Assembly (NCBI GenBank): GCA_026770705.1
Contig: JANJGN010000012.1
Location: 38,688,001 to 38,752,000 of the forward strand
DNA: 64,000 bases
Direction of reading: 5' to 3'
DNA from: Isurus oxyrinchus
Taxonomy: Eukaryota
Within the stretch, counting starts at the first letter, position 1. Each line of letters starts with the position of its first letter. A program made the translations under genes and the position numbers. The notes beneath the pieces are model-generated. The model searched no databases. It worked only from the letters and a program-made list of their open reading frames with translations, and was not told the DNA's origin. Shown in pieces: positions 62,508 through 64,000 of this stretch.

Positions 62508-63554
62508 ATCTATGGAGAGAAAAACAGAGCTAACGACTGTCTCATTTTGACTTTTTGTCAGAACTGCCATCATTTAGATCCACGTTCAGCATGAACAATT
62601 AATTTGAAGTATCACAAAAACTGCATCACGAACCAATCATCTATTTTTCTCACCAAATTTTCCCATTCCCATCCCTAAAGTACTGAGTAATATTTTCAGC
62701 TACCTTTTAGCTCCTTGCTCAAAATATCGATCTCCATTTTTGAGCCAAAACAGCAAGGACAATACAACCAAGCCTGATTCTCCTTTTACTCAATGTTTTC
62801 CTGCATGTATCCTCTGAATGAGATCACTGGACAGCAATCAGGAATGGGAACTATGGCTGCTTCCTTTGCTCCCAGCCTAGAAGCACTGAGGCCAAATATA
62901 ATACCTGTTCCAGCATCCTGGAGGAGAGCTGCTAACACAGCACAGATTGAGAGTGGAATCTGGGACCTTTGGCACAGTACGAAGAGGTAATGCATTTATG
63001 TAGGACATTGGAGGGTTTAGTTAATCAAATAAACACACTGTGCATATCGTACACAAGCATAGCATGTCCTGATAAACTGGTTATTAATTTATAATATTTG
63101 ATTTACAGCAGTCTGTATGCAGTGCTAAATGCTTTTATACACTAGAGAATGATTTGTTAGGAATATCAAAGCTATAGGGAAGAGTTCTGTTCTTTGGGCT
63201 GCATCGCAGTGCCTACAGGCACTGTTTCACCCATTCTGATTAAATATTCACTATGCAGATTTAAATTTACTATTTCCATATTGAAGCTCTGCGTGTTCAC
63301 CAGGGAAATGGCTATGCATGGAGCTGCAGGATGAAGCCTGCAACTATCTTTTTCTAGGAGTCCAAAACCAGACATGGAAATTATAATGAATTTCCTTGTT
63401 TCAAGGAAGTCAGAAGTATCTGTTACTTCCTACTCTTCTTCCTCTCCTGAAAATGGTGCCTCATACTGAGGTACAAGAAAGTTACAGATAAAAAGGCCAC
63501 TTAGTCTAATTCTCTCATGATAAAATTCAGTTCTATTTTGAACATCAACGAGCA

Positions 63555-64000
63555 TATGAACAATAAAATTAGGAGCAAGAGTAGGCTATTCAACCCCTCG
63601 AGCCTGCTCTGCCATTCAATAATATCATGGCTGATCTGATTGTGGCTCAATTTCACCTACCCTCTATAACCTTTGATTCCCTTGTTAGTCAAGAATCTAT
63701 CTACCTCTGCCTTAAAAAAATATTCATTGACCCTGCCTCCACAACTCTCTCTTCAGAGAGTTCCAAAGATTCATGACCGTTTGAGAGAAAAAAATTCTTC
63801 TCATCTCTGTCTTAAATGGGAGACCCCTTATTTTCAAACAGTGTCCCTAGTCTCTCCCACAAGGGGAAACATCCTATCGGCATCCACGCTGTCAAGTCCC
63901 CTCAGGATCTTATGTTTCAGTAAGATCACTTCTCATTCTTCTAAAATTGAATGGACACAGGCACAGCCTGTCCAGCCTTTCCTAGTAAGATAACCACCCT
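63555..64000 (-). mobile_element. CR1 3' end running off the window
   Basis: Homologous to 58705-59090 and the reverse complement of 54500-54900. Confidence 0.85.

Overview
Eukaryotic, repeat-dense, apparently intergenic or intronic DNA. The repeat complement (HER1-type CR1 LINEs with (TCTTATG)n tails, a SacSINE1/Deu-domain SINE, L2 tails) points to a cartilaginous fish (inference). No host protein-coding gene could be recognised. The centre of the window (about 42.2-55.3 kb) is a nest. A decayed Gypsy LTR-retrotransposon pol is interrupted by a 3-kb two-gene PIF/Harbinger element, a CR1 3' fragment, a Harbinger MITE and a very young, near-intact Penelope-like element (RT + GIY-YIG, Neptune-type Cys linker, one nonsense codon, ~950-bp pseudo-LTR direct repeats). 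The pLTRs carry minimal type-I hammerhead ribozyme motifs with a non-canonical CUGUCGA core. The same motif recurs in a perfect 176-bp-arm palindrome at 61.66-62.02 kb. That palindrome has a 15-bp TSD and sits at the junction of a hAT MITE and an older PLE-derived element. Also present: many Harbinger MITEs with variable 3-bp TSDs, a solo LTR, a TcMar-type MITE, RTE/L2/CR1 fragments, two short local duplications and an old ~235-bp inverted repeat. Coordinates were read by eye, and the ends of decayed elements are approximate.
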